Both the position numbers and the translations under genes were made by a program. Below the pieces are notes generated by a model. The model worked only from the letters and a program-made list of their open reading frames with translations, was not told where the DNA came from and made no database searches. A stretch of DNA of 64,000 nucleotides from Macrostomum lignano (lineage: Eukaryota): assembly GCA_002269645.1 (NCBI GenBank), contig NIVC01003379.1, forward strand, positions 36,865 through 100,864. The letters are read 5' to 3'. Below are positions 47,009 through 58,915 of the stretch, piece by piece (the stretch's first letter is position 1; every line of letters starts with the position of its first letter).

Positions 47009-50000
47009 CTAGTTGCCAGCGCTGGGACTCCTGGCCGCCAGCGACCTTCGCTTGGTCTTCACCAGATCAGCGATGGACACGTCTAGCGACGCTTGCGAAT
47101 CCCCGGCGCCCGCCGCCGCCGCCGCAGACGACCCGTCGAATCCGCCGTCGCCATCGGCGCCGACAATCGAATCTTGACTCCGACGCTTTCTCGAATTACC
47201 CACGCCGCTACAGCTACTACTGATGCTACTGTTAGTAGCAACCAGCGCTGCGTGCTCTTTATTGTCGCTAGACGAAGGAGTCGGCTGCTGCTGTTTCTTG
47301 AAGCCGATCGACCGACGCAAGCCCGGCTGTCGGACGCCGCTGCCGCCGGCAATCTGACGCGTCAATGTCGGACTATCGACAAATCTGTGCCGCTGCAGCA
47401 GGGATTGGTTTCTATTAGAAGAGGCTGGCGTGGTTGGCATGGCAACGGGCTCCAGGTCGGGCAGGCCGAGGCCCAGCTGGCCAGACAGAAACTCCCGAGC
47501 CCTGCTTATCAGAGTCGATGACGAGTTCAAAGCGGAGCGGAACGAGCTGGGCAGGTCGGCCGGGTTCAAGGCTGACAGGTCGCTCAGATCGGTGAAGTGC
47601 AGCAGCGGCAGGCCGGGCAGCACCTCGGTGCCTGTTGAGCGGCGCTGGAGGAGAAACATTGAGTTGCTGAGCTGACAGGGCATGGGAATGGCAGGCAGAG
47701 GGGAACAGAGGGAGAGACACCCAGTGCCCAGGAAATATTTGGGTAGATTGCCGATTTTCCATAGTCTATCGGTATACTTATTCATCAGGCCTGACAACAG
47801 GGAGAGGGGGAGAGGAAAGATGAGGAGAGGGGGAGAGGGGATAGGGCACAGAGACTAGAATAACTAGATTGGCCACTCAGGCATTTATACTTAGCAAAAC
47901 AGCTGTTTTTCTAAGAGTACTTCAGTCCTGTAGCAATGGAGAATACATAAGCTAGTCATATTTTATAAGAATAAAGGCAGCTGAAATGACTTTGATAAGC
48001 TTAGAAGCCCAAGCTTGCAGGCGCGTAAACAGCTTGCCAATTGGTTCAGTCATAATGTACATTGGCCACAGAAATGTACATGGCAGATTTAGGCTGGAAC
48101 AACCAAGGAAGGTAATAAAAAATTGGGTGGCGGGGCGGGGGTAGAGTTTATGTGTGGAGTTTGAGGGTTTTAAGCTTAGGGAAGGGGGTAAGAGCAAATG
48201 GGGAGAGGAGGGTGAGAGGGGGAGAGGAGCTGAGAGGGTTAGAGGAGGGTGAGAGGAGGAGAGGAGCTGAGAGGGTAAGAGGAGGGTGAGAGGAGGGTGA
48301 GGGGGTGAGGGGAGAGGGGAGAGAGGCAGTAGGAACCGCAGGCCCATCAGCAGCCCCACCTGCAGGTTGAAGGCGGCAAGCGGTCTGCCCGTGAGCGCCA
48401 GTCCCGCCAGCCCCAGACTGGCCAGGCCAGCCCAGACCCGGACACAGACGAGGCCGGCGCTGCCGCAGTCGCCGTCGCCGTCGCAACGCTCCGGATCGGC
48501 CAGCACCGCCATCATTCGGCCGTCGTCCCACACGGCGACAAGCAGGCCGCGGAGGTCTAATTCGTTGTCGATGATTGCGCCGGCGTGTTGTGCTGGCGGC
48601 AAGGGCAGGCGGAGGAAACTGCGAGGTCGGTGCCGCGTCAGGATGAGGTCGGCGCGCTGCCCGAGCTCCAGGGGTCGGATAAGGCCGCCGCGGCTGAGGT
48701 TCAGAGACATCTGCGTGTCCGGGTGATGGCAACGAATAAGAGATTTCCTGTTGGAGACTTAGCTGGGATCTGTGAGAGATAAACGACTCCCTATAACATC
48801 ATGGCCCTATGAGCGATTCTCTTATAACACCATGGCCCTATGAGCGATTCTCTTATAACACCATGGCCCTATGAGCGATTCTCTTATAACACCATGGCCC
48901 TATGAGCGATTCTCTTATAACACCATGACCCTATGAGCGATTCCTTTATAACATCATGACCCTATGAGGGATTTCATTATAAAACCATGACACTATGAGC
49001 GATTTCCTAAAAACACGATGACCCTATGAGCGATTTCCTAAAAACACGATGACCCTATGAGCGATTTCCTAGCAACCAACCCCCCCCCCCACCCGACAAA
49101 ATCGCACCCGATGCCCGCCGGAAGCAGCGGATCCCACATTCGCCCCGAGCACCAGCAGGCCGCAGCCCTCGCGCAGCCAGGACTCGGCGCCCTCCTCCGG
49201 GTTCCACACAGTCAGGGTGGCCACGGCGCCTTCGTCCAAGTCGGCGTCCTCGGTGCCGATGACCAGCAGGCGAACCAGCGGCGTCACCTGACGCTGCTGG
49301 ACGAGCGGCGGCAGCAGCTGCTCCCGGAGCCGAGTCAGAACGTCTCGCTGACGCTCCGTCAGCCAGGCCTGCAGTTCGTCCGCGTTCAGGGCGGAGCGCA
49401 GGGCGGCCTGAAGCTCCTCGCCGGTGCTCAGCTGGGACACTTCATCAGGCTGGTAGAGACGGCCGCGCTGCTGCGGGGGCTTGGAGCCCAGCTGAAATTG
49501 GGATGCGGTGTTGGGATCTGGGAGGCTGGCGGCCCAGCAACTGAGGATCTGGGAGTCTGGCCCAGCAACTGGGGATCTGGGAGTCTGGCCAAGCAACTGG
49601 GGATCTGGGAGGCTGGCGGCCCAGCAACTGGGGATCTGTGAGTCTGGCCCAGCAACTGGGGATCTGGGAGTCTGGCCCAGCAACTGGGGATCTGGGAGTC
49701 TGGCCCAGCAACTGGGGATCTGGGAGTCTGGTCCAGCAAATGAGGATCTGGGAGGCTGGCGGCCCAGCAACTGAGGATCTGGGAGGCTGGTCCAGCAACT
49801 GGGGATCTGGGAGGCTGGCGGCCCAGCAACTGGGGATCTGGGAGTCTGGCCCAGCAACTGGGGATCTGGGAGTCTGGCCCAGCAACTGGGGATCTGGGAG
49901 TCTGGTCCAGCAACTGGGGATCTGGGAGGCTAGCGGCCCAGCAACTGGAAGCAGCCACCAACCTGGTCCTCCACAGCTTCCTCCATTCGCCGGCGGGCCT

Positions 50001-51410
50001 CAGCCTCGAACTCCCTGGCCCGTCGGTCCTCGGCTCGAGCCCCGCGGAACACCCTGGCGTCGCTGCCAGGGCTGCGCTCCATGAACTGCCGGGGGTACCG
50101 CCGGCTGACGAACAGGTGCAGAGCGCCAGCCTTGCCGCCGTCGGGCCGCAGTGAGCTGAGCGACACCGGCATCGGCGAGGCGTCGGCGAAGCCCAGCCGG
50201 ACTCTTCGGTTGGCAACGCAGCGTCGGGTGCTGTTGCCATGGAGACGGAGAGCGGCGCTGGCCGGCGCTTCCAGCGGCTGGCAGGCCTCAGAGCAGCCAA
50301 TCAGTTCAGCCTGGCAGGTGAGCAGCCGGGTGCCCGGTTTGATGAGGCCGGCGGTGGCTGCGCGGCACAGCAGGGGATCCAGCTGTGCGCCGATGCAGTA
50401 CCAGCCGTCCGTGAGGGTCACCTAAATTGGGAAACTAATTAATGCGTCAAATGATCACACGCTGCTTATAAACTACTGACCAACAGTAGCAAGTGGTAAA
50501 TAGTATAGGCAGAGAAAAATGCTGGCGAGACAATTGTCAGACGGCCAGACACAGACAGGTAGAGGGGAGACACAGACAGGTAGAGGGGAGACACAGACAG
50601 GTAGAGGGGAGACACAGACAGGTAGAGGGGAGACACAGACAGGTAGAGGGGAGACACAGACAGGTAAAGGGGAGACACAGACAGGTAGAGGGGAGACACA
50701 GACAGGTAGAGTGGCGACACAGACAGGTAGAGTGAAGACAGACAGGTAGAGGGGAGACACAGACAGGTAGAGGGGAGACACAGACAGGTAGAGGGGAGAC
50801 ACAGACAGGTAGAGGGGAGACAAAGACAGGTAGAGGGGAGACACAGACAGGTAAAGGGGAGACACAGACAGGTAGAGGGGAGACACAGACAGGTAGAGTG
50901 GCGACACAGACAGGTAGAGTGAAGACAGACAGGTAGAGGGGAGACACAGGCAGGTAGAGGGGAGACACAGACAGGTAGAGGGGAGACACAGACAGGTAGA
51001 GTGGCGACACAGACAGGTAGAGGGGAGACACAGACAGGTAGAGGGAAGACAGACAGGTAGAGGGAAGACACAGACAGCTAGAGGGAAGACACAGACAGGT
51101 AGAGGGGAGACACAGACAGGTAGAGTGGCGACACAGACAGGTAGAGGGGAGACATAAACAGGTAGAGGGGAGGGGAGGATACACACAGTCTGACAGGGCA
51201 ATGGCAGCAAGGATTGAATAGAAGCCGGGAGTTTCCTAATAAAATGCAAAGCCAGCAAAGTGAACCTTGAGCTGCTGCTGCTGCTGTTGCGCTGGCTGCT
51301 TTCCAGTTTCTGTTCTGTCCGAGTTGCTGTTCCATTGCAGGCTGACCACCTGCAGTGCTAGACGCGAGCTGGGCGGAGAGTCGCGCTCGAGAATTCGACG
51401 AATGCAGGGT
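47009..51410 (-). CDS. BRCA2: BRCA2 homolog, DNA-binding domain (OB1-tower-OB2-OB3); exons 51410-51266, 50421-49963, 49491-~49108, 48710-48360, 47671-47009; 5' part not found
   Basis: Motifs PCIRRILERDSPPSSRLALQV, VTLTDGWYCIGAQLD, LRLHGNSTRR...LGF, LSSLRPDGG, SRRYPRQFMER, RQVTPLVRL, LTVWNP, ELDLRGLLV, AAFNLQ and LPLLHFTDLS match BRCA2 DBD landmarks in order. All GT-AG junctions keep frame. Confidence 0.9.
48185..48325. repeat. Purine-rich gaggagggtgagag repeat in a BRCA2 intron
   Basis: Degenerate gagggtgagaggag units. Confidence 0.85.
48790..49072. repeat. 31-bp minisatellite in a BRCA2 intron
   Basis: Unit ccctatgagcgattctcttataacaccatgg. Confidence 0.95.
49500..49945 (-). repeat. 28/31-bp family minisatellite filling BRCA2 intron 49492-49962
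   Basis: Reverse complement of the IAP-intron unit (gcccagcaactggggatctgggag). Confidence 0.95.
50545..51170. repeat. 21-bp minisatellite in a BRCA2 intron
   Basis: Unit acagacaggtagaggggagac. Confidence 0.97.
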
Positions 51411-51607
51411 CTGGTTGATGGAGGAATAAGCAGTAATATCTTGGTTCATTTTGTTGAGCCGAAATCGAATTTTTATCTTGTTCGAGCAAGACTCTGCTAA
51501 TTTGTCCCTAAGTACGAATTGTGCGCTAATAACATTTTCAGCTTTCAGACAATTATAAAGCACAATAATAAAACTATAATTGATTACACCTGCCCTAAAT
51601 GGGCAGA

Positions 51608-51870
51608 TGTGCAACCGACAGCTCAGCCTCAGATATTGCGCGGCGCATCTGAAGGCTGCGTACGGCTGTTCAGTCCAAGGACCTGGGGGGGGGGTCGCCA
51701 CACACAGCCTCAATTACCCCAGCTAGTGCTGGCACCCATTTTACAGCTGGGTGAACTGAAGAAACGCAGAGTTTAGTGTCTTGCTAAAGGACACAAATCG
51801 TTCCGGTGAGATCAGGAATCGAACCCCCGACCTTCAAGTCGTGAGTCCGACGCTCCAACCACTGGCTACA
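51608..51870 (-). mobile_element. tRNA-derived SINE, near full length
   Basis: Reverse strand has an A box (tgtagccagtgg), a B box (ggttcgattcc), and a core gtgtcct..agcaagacact...cagttcacccagctgtaaaatgggt. Three more copies lie in the window. Confidence 0.85.
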
Positions 51871-52514
51871 GAGTGCAAGTAGTATACAATAAATATATGC
51901 CACAGGAGACAAAGTGCAACAGAGGTTCAGTACATTGTACGTAGAAGTGTGTACGCGAGAGTGTGTTGCATCACCTTGGCAACAAAACTGAGTCTGTAAG
52001 ATAGAATAGACCCCCTCGTACACACGCAGGAGCATTTTTATTGCTCTACCATTTTGCGTCTTATAAGACAAACTACTCAGCGCAAAATGGTAGCAGAAGA
52101 AACACAGTAGACAGCCACATCTTTGCACACGCAGTAAATCTCTGCAGAGTAGAATGAAAATATTTGAGAACAGATGCATTCAAAGTACGCAACGCGCACC
52201 GCCTTTTAACAGCTTTCATGTCTCCAGCGCACAGAGCACAGAGCTATTCGAGTCTAACGGGGGTGTCGAGGGGCATAAGAGACGGACTAACAATAGAGCT
52301 CAGAGCTTTCCAGAGCTACTCAACAAGGAGGGCTGGGCTGCAAGTGCGCTTGAGCAGAAGAGCAAGAGAAAGAGATAAAAATTCTTAAATCTTCATGCTT
52401 TTTCACCTGCTAACAAAGATAGAAGTTTAGAGTAAAGACTAAAGCCCAATATCTGAGTAGTTGAAATCTGAGCTTAACAGAAGCTGACAGAAAACCTGCA
52501 GCTCACAGCTGAGG

Positions 52515-55500
52515 ATGCCAGAAGTTCGTCGAATGACCTTGGCCGCTCGGCCGAAAAATCAAGTGGTTGTGAGTTACTAACTGTCTAACTGTTGGATACT
52601 TTACTAAAATGTTGCATTTTAACATTGGTTAATGACACCCAAAATATTTCAGTTCGGCGTGGTAGACAACACGCCCAAGCTGCAGTTGGACATGACCGAC
52701 GAGAGGAGCGTAGAGAACCTATCCAGGGTGTGCCACTTTCTCATGCGAGAGGGCAAGGCGTGCTTGAGAAGCCTATTCGATTCCAAGCATCCAACGGACG
52801 AGCTAACGGAACACTTGGCCTCGCCGGACATTCACCGGACGCTGAGGCGACTTAAGATCAAAGACATGCTAACCGAAGACGACTGGCAGACGCTCTACCC
52901 GAAGGAGAAATCTTCCGTGTCCGCTGACAACTACGACCTGCGTCTGCTGCTCCTGTTAGTAAAATACACCTGCGATGTGACGAAGCCGCAGCCAAACGGC
53001 TGGATGGGAGATCCGGAACCTCGCGATGACAGCCAGGGCGCAGCGCTGCAACGCCTACTGGGCATTCAACGCGAGCTCGCCTCGCTGCAGACCTTAAAGG
53101 CGAGCGCAGCTAACAGACTGTTTAGCCGCATTGCCGAGCAGCTCCAGCGACTGGGACACTCGGGTGCAGCAGACTGTATGAACGCATACAAGCAGGACAC
53201 TAGCATGGACGAGACTGAATCGCGCTTCATTCTGGGCGAATTCCTCGTCTGGTACCGCCAAGAGGTCAGCCAGTTGAAGAGAGAAATCGAAAACCAAGAA
53301 CGAAAGAAGAAGCGCGAAGAGATTCCTATTCTGCAGAAACGGCTCAAGACGCGCGATTTGGACACGTCGGAAACGAAAAAACGCCAGTCGGTTGTTGGAA
53401 AGGCGACGATGGACATGAGCGACAAGTCGCGCTGTCAGAGATGGGCTCATATCAAAACTGGCATGGTATTAGCGGAGCGCCTCATTCTCGACAAGTACTA
53501 CGAACAGTTGCTCAACGATGTAAAAGCGGACACAGTGGTTGAGCATCTGATGAACAAGGAGATTATTACCCAAGACGAGAGCACGGAAATATTTTCTACT
53601 CTGCGCAACAACGAGCAGATGTCGACGTTGATCGACTTTCTAGTGCCAAAATCTGGCAATGTGTTGGATGAGTTCGTTGAATCGCTGAAACCCAAGAACG
53701 AACAGGTGTACCAGCAGATGCACCAGGACTACCAGGCCGCTAAGGCCGACATCCTTGCTAATAAACCACGTAAGTATTTATAGTAATTAATAAATCCTCT
53801 TTAAGAGTTGATCATAGGATTTTTCTGTTTCTTCTGTTTCTTCAGAGGGTCTGCCTTACTGTAACAACATTCTTCGAGAGCGGTACTCCACCGCGTACGC
53901 CAAATGGAATCCGATTCCATGGTACACTAAAGTTGAAACAGACATTGCCGAATTCTACTGTCAACAGCAGCTGCTCAATTTGAATGGGTAAGTAGCAGGA
54001 AAACAGATCAGATCATTAAGCCAGACATAATTTTCAACTTTGATTTCTCAATTTAAAATTGCAGAAAGTCAGTCAACGCCTTCCAAGTTTTTGATTATAA
54101 GGAAGGCGAAAAAGACCCGCATACAGTAGTCATTGAGGGTGACCCCGGAACAGGGAAGAGTACGCTGGCTAAGTATATGGCCTACAAATGGTCTTTGGAC
54201 GAAAACGTATTCGGACGGCCTTTCCAACTGCTAATCTTGCTTGATCTCAAAGTGACAGCGCCCACAGTGAAAGTGATGATGATGGAACAGCTTTTCGGAG
54301 GCGACTGCAAGCTGGCCGAACGCGAAATTTGGGAGGTGATGAACATGCACCAGGCGAGCACACTGCTCATCATAGATGGCTACGAAGACAATCTAAATGA
54401 TGAGATGAAGAGTTTGCTATTTGAGAACATCATGCCGGAACTGCACATTCTGGTATTTAGTCAGACTAACTTTACAGTCAGACTGATGCACCGCTACCAG
54501 CGAAAGGTAATTCTGACCGGATTCGCCAAATCCCAGGCAGAGGAGTACGTTCAGAAGTACGTCAAACTAGCTAAGAAGCCGTGGGAACACTTTTCCTCGT
54601 TTCTAAACAAGCTAGTAGTGGCAAAAAAATCAACTGAGCTTCAAAAGCTGCTGGATGCAGCGAAAAAGTCGCAGGAGCCGCAGAGGCGACGCGGGTCGTC
54701 AGAATCGGCGACATCTGTGACCTCGGCAAAGCCCAGAGACGAGCGACCTTTGGAGAGGGAAAACACGGACAAAGTCAGCACAAAACTAAGCCGCAGCTCT
54801 AGCAAGGGTCAAGGAAACGATCAGCAGCAACAACAGGATTCAAACGGTGAAAATTCAAATCAAAGCAAAATAGCGTCCCTGCGACATTACTCACAGGTGC
54901 CTTTGTACTGTTCGTTCTTCTGCCTGCTGACCGACATGCGCATGAGTATCGATCTGAACTCTCCGACAACAATTGTGGAACAGTTTGTCTCCTGCATCAA
55001 GTTGAAGCTGATCGAACGCGAAAAGGAGAGTCGCTTCGAAGCGAATCGCGCCTACGCAATGCTGTCCGAACGCGCTATGGACACCATAAAGAAAGGCAGC
55101 GCAACTTTCATTTTGGCCAAGGAGGACCACATGATGACTAAGTTCGGCCTGATTCAACTGGCTACAAACCTCACCGCAGAGGATAACCAGCGCTACATGT
55201 TTGGCAATCGTCTTATTCAAGAGTATCTCGCCGCGAAAAATCTAGACACTAGTGGAACAGATGAAGCTAGCCGCTTCTTCCAGAACATGAGTATGACTCC
55301 GATCTCCTACAATGTTGTTGTGTTCTACTGCAGCATCCGCAAGTCGGACAACGACACGCCGGCCACCCGGGAACTGTTTGCAAAGATACTGCAGTATAAC
55401 AAACGGCGAGGCAAAGCGAGTCGCATGAAAATGCCAGCGGCTACGTCGCCAGAAGACAGTCAACTGGTCGAGGGCAAGATCATGGACTACCAGCTCAGTC

Positions 55501-56603
55501 TGGAATGCGTGGCGGTCATGGACATGGCCCGCAGAGATCTTGGCAAGAAAATTGTTGAATCGCTGCCAGAGCGATTCACCGTGAAGCACGAGGGCATCAT
55601 TCCGAGATTGTCGCTTACAGGCCTGTCCAAGATGATCAAGTTTAACCACACGACCATCCAAGAGGTGGACTTGCGCCTAGATCTGCTAGCCAAAGAGACG
55701 CTTGAGGCATACAAAAGTCTGGCTACCGCAATGAAAACGAACGTTCACATCAAGACGCTCCGCATCTACTGGACAGAGAAGGATCTAATGGCAGACTTCC
55801 TTCAAACCGTGTGCTGTCCGGAGCCAGAGGACCCCGCCAATTCTACAGGCCAGATGGAAATCAGGCGTAAGAAGCCCGATCAGACCGGCTTTCATCTGAA
55901 GAATCTTGAGTGCATCGACGAGTCAGGAAAGAAGCTGGACCAGTTGTCGCCAAAAATGCTAAACAACATGCGCGAAGCCTGCTCGAACATGACTAAACTA
56001 GAAACGTTCGCATTTCAAAATTGTCACCACATGTCGCTGGTTGGAAGCATAATAAAAAATTTGCCAACTAAATTTGCGGACAACCTGCGCATTCTAGACT
56101 TTTCTGGCTGCCAGATGAGCATAGTGGCATCGCAGGATCTCAACGGAAAGCTGATGGAGAGCAAGAGTCTAGAAGGCCTGATCTTGGCTAACCTCAAGAT
56201 TGATGCGATGGCCTTTAACACTTTCATCGCCGCATTCTCTAGCAATCGGACCATTGTCCTGCTGGATTTGAGCGGAATCCGCCTGGACAATGTCTGCTTC
56301 TTCTCTCTATCCGAAGCGCTGAAAATTAATAACAAGCTTGAGAAGCTATTCTTACGCCAGGTGCCAATGGACACGAGAGCTTGCAAAGAGGTGGCTAGAA
56401 TTCTAAAGATTAATAAGATGCTGAAACTTCTCACGGTCACGCAGGAGATCGTCAGCGAGGAGGGTCGCCGGGTTCTGGGCGAGGAGAGCCAGACGGAGAC
56501 GCGCAAGAATCGGGCGGTCGTGGACGGCATCGGGGTGGAGTATCGGCAGAGACCGACGAACGAGAGGGCCAATACTAAGAGAAACCCGCTGTCAGTCAAG
56601 TGA
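52515..56603 (+). CDS. NLR protein, 1283 aa: DZIP3-type HEPN, coiled coil, CARD, NACHT, LRR; exons 52515-52568, 52653-53769, 53846-53987, 54065-56603
   Basis: Exon phases 0/1/2 are consistent (3852 nt). HEPN_DZIP3-like: LRSLFDSKHP..L...L...W..LYP...YDLRLLLLL..C....P.NGW...P...D.S. CARD-like: YYEQLLNDVKADTVVEHLMNKEIIT...LIDFL....LDEFVESL. Pre-NACHT PIPW, Walker A GDPGTGKS, Walker B LLIIDGYED, and 28-aa ribonuclease-inhibitor-type LRRs. Confidence 0.9.
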
Positions 56604-58099
56604 GGAAACCATGGCCGATGATGAAGACGCATCCTAACTATTATTATCAAATAACAGTGAATTTCAATAACTTTTTAAAAGTTGTGAATAGTTTTTGTTT
56701 AGCACTGCCCTCCTTCGTTAATACGGCCCACAAGAACTTTGTAACTGTTTGCACAGAACGAGAAATCCTAGAATTTAAGCGATATCTTACTGAGACAAAG
56801 ATGATTTTTTCTAAAGTAAAAACTGTACGTAAAACATACAGTATTGTTTTAAGTTTATTTATTCTCTATAATAACATTAAGCTAAATGATACAATATAAT
56901 TTTCAATTTTTTAACAGACAGCTTTGTAACAGACTAACAGGAAAAGTTCTTGTCAATTTTTCTAGAAAAAATATAAACAAGTGAATAATAGTTTTTACAC
57001 TTGGTTGGTTTTAAATGAAAATTTAAGACAGTGGGTACTTTAAACAAGATGATGATGAAGCGGCCCCAGTCGCTAAACACAGAATCCCAGCTCCAGTTCC
57101 ATATAAGACCGATCGTCCTTCTCTCTTGCCGTAGAGGGAGAAGATTAATTTGCCTGTCGATAAGAAGCCGAGCGACGAAGTTTGGGGTTGCTATGGGGGA
57201 GGGGGGGTTAATGAATCGAATGGAGGCAAAGTGTCAGACAGTAGTGAGATAGATAGGACCCATTCAATCGCGGCATCGATAGCGCTCACACTTATACTGT
57301 AAGAACTATATAGATTCTATATTCGAAAGTCTTGAGCGCATTGGCAGTTTGATTAAAATGCCCATAGCTATAGAGGTTGAAGCCACCAAACTCGCGCTGT
57401 CCCATCTTATCGTTGGGAGGGGGAGCCATAAATGGGAAAGAAAGAGAGAGAGAGACCAACAGGAGCTAGATCGGATAGAGAGAGAGCGAGTGAGCAATTA
57501 TAAGAAACTGGGGAATGTGAAGTTCCGAATGAGAATAAGGCGGAAATGAATAGGCCAGAGGCAAATGGTGAGGGGTGATATATAGGGATTCTGAGCAGTA
57601 TAGACTCAAATAGAATAGGAATGATAGAGATAGAAGAAAGTAAAATGCGGAGGCACCAAATTCCAGAGCTTCGACCGGTTCGAAGAGTTGATTGGTTGCA
57701 AAGAGGCACTGATTTATATACGAGCGTGTATATAATAATACATAGAAGGGAGAAGACTGCAGGGGCTTGGGATTGAATTTTGTTCGGTTTGCTTTTCAAT
57801 GGGAGATAATGACAGTGCATAAGAATGAGGAGGTGGTTGGGAGAGGGCAAGGAGACTCAGAACTTGGACTGACAACTCTTATTCAAGCCTTACATTTTTG
57901 GACAACTATAAAACTTGATTGTAGCTTAGTGTCTTTTAACTTCTCTTTTATTACTAGGTCGCATTTATATTGCTCAGAATGCAGTTAATTGTGTTTAAGG
58001 AATTAGCAATCTGCGCTCCTTCTGTTGGTGACGCAACAAAGAAAGGAATAACAGTTTTGAGTAAACTATATGTAAGTAACTACATGTAAGTCTTTTTAT

Positions 58100-58355
58100 A
58101 TGCAAACCGACAGCTCAGCCGCAGCTATTTCGCGGCGCATTTGAAGGTTGCGTACGGCTGTTCAGTCCAAGGACTGGGGGTCGCCACACACCCTCAATTA
58201 CCCCAGCTAATGCTGGCAACCATTTTACAGCTGGGTGAACTGAAGCAATGCAGAGTTAAGTGTCTTGCTCAAGGACGCAAATTGTTTCAGTGGGATCGGA
58301 AATCGAACCCCTGACCTTCAAATTGTGAGTCCGACGCTCTAACCACTAGGCTACA
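58100..58355 (-). mobile_element. tRNA-derived SINE copy
   Basis: Aligns along its length with 51608-51870. Confidence 0.85.
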
Positions 58356-58675
58356 ACAGCCGTAGTACAGTCAAGTCAGTATTGCTAATCTCTTCAGGAA
58401 AATGATGTTTAAAGGAAAGCAGCATCAGTCTTGAGAAACAGCTATCTAGCTGAAGATATGAGATTCCCTATGAGTTTTTTTGGCTCAAAACATCTGAGTA
58501 ACCACCAAGAGCCACAGAATTTCAGCAATTCCCCCCAATGAGCCTTGACATCTCAGCATTTCCCACACGAACCTTGGCATGTCCCAATTACCACACTGTC
58601 ATTTTAAAATGTTTTCTCTGTGTTTTTGGCATGATTTTCTACACACTTTAGTTCCTTATCTGAACCTTTCTGAAT

Positions 58676-58915
58676 TTAGGGCAATGGGAATCACACTTTA
58701 GGGCAATGAGAATCACACTTTAGGGCAATGGGAATCACACTTTAGGGCAATGAGAATCACACTTTAGGGCAATTAGAATCACACTTTAGGGCAATGAGAA
58801 TCACACTTTAGGGCAATGGGAATCACACTTTAGGGCAATGAGAATCACACTTTAGGGCAATGAGAATCACACTTTAGGGCAATGAGAATCATACTTTAGG
58901 GCAATGAGAATTACT
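58676..58915 (+). repeat. 22-bp satellite, ~10 copies
   Basis: Unit tagggcaatgagaatcacactt, the reverse complement of the array at 63345-64000. Confidence 0.97.

Noticed and set aside
48711-48769. Frameshift in BRCA2 using the acceptor at 48770
   Set aside because: An alternative acceptor directly before the ATG at 48710 keeps frame and aligns with the end of OB2, so no frameshift is needed.
43205-51258. Long ORFs in repeat arrays (DYWDTNYDG, IIGVP, CLSV, SPLPVCV, PDPQLLG, QQLGIWE)
   Set aside because: They are stop-free frames of tandem repeats, open on several frames and both strands, and lie in introns or intergenic DNA.
51780-51870. tRNA gene (Val-like CAC loop)
   Set aside because: It is the head of a multi-copy SINE with poor stem pairing, fused to a non-tRNA core.
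56024-56650. Antisense ORFs over the NLR, BRCA2 and Gypsy coding regions
   Set aside because: Shadow ORFs of GC-rich coding sequence with no motifs of their own.
57000-58000. Purine-rich ORFs 57031-57988 as genes
   Set aside because: Short, compositionally biased, with no domains or coherent splice pattern.
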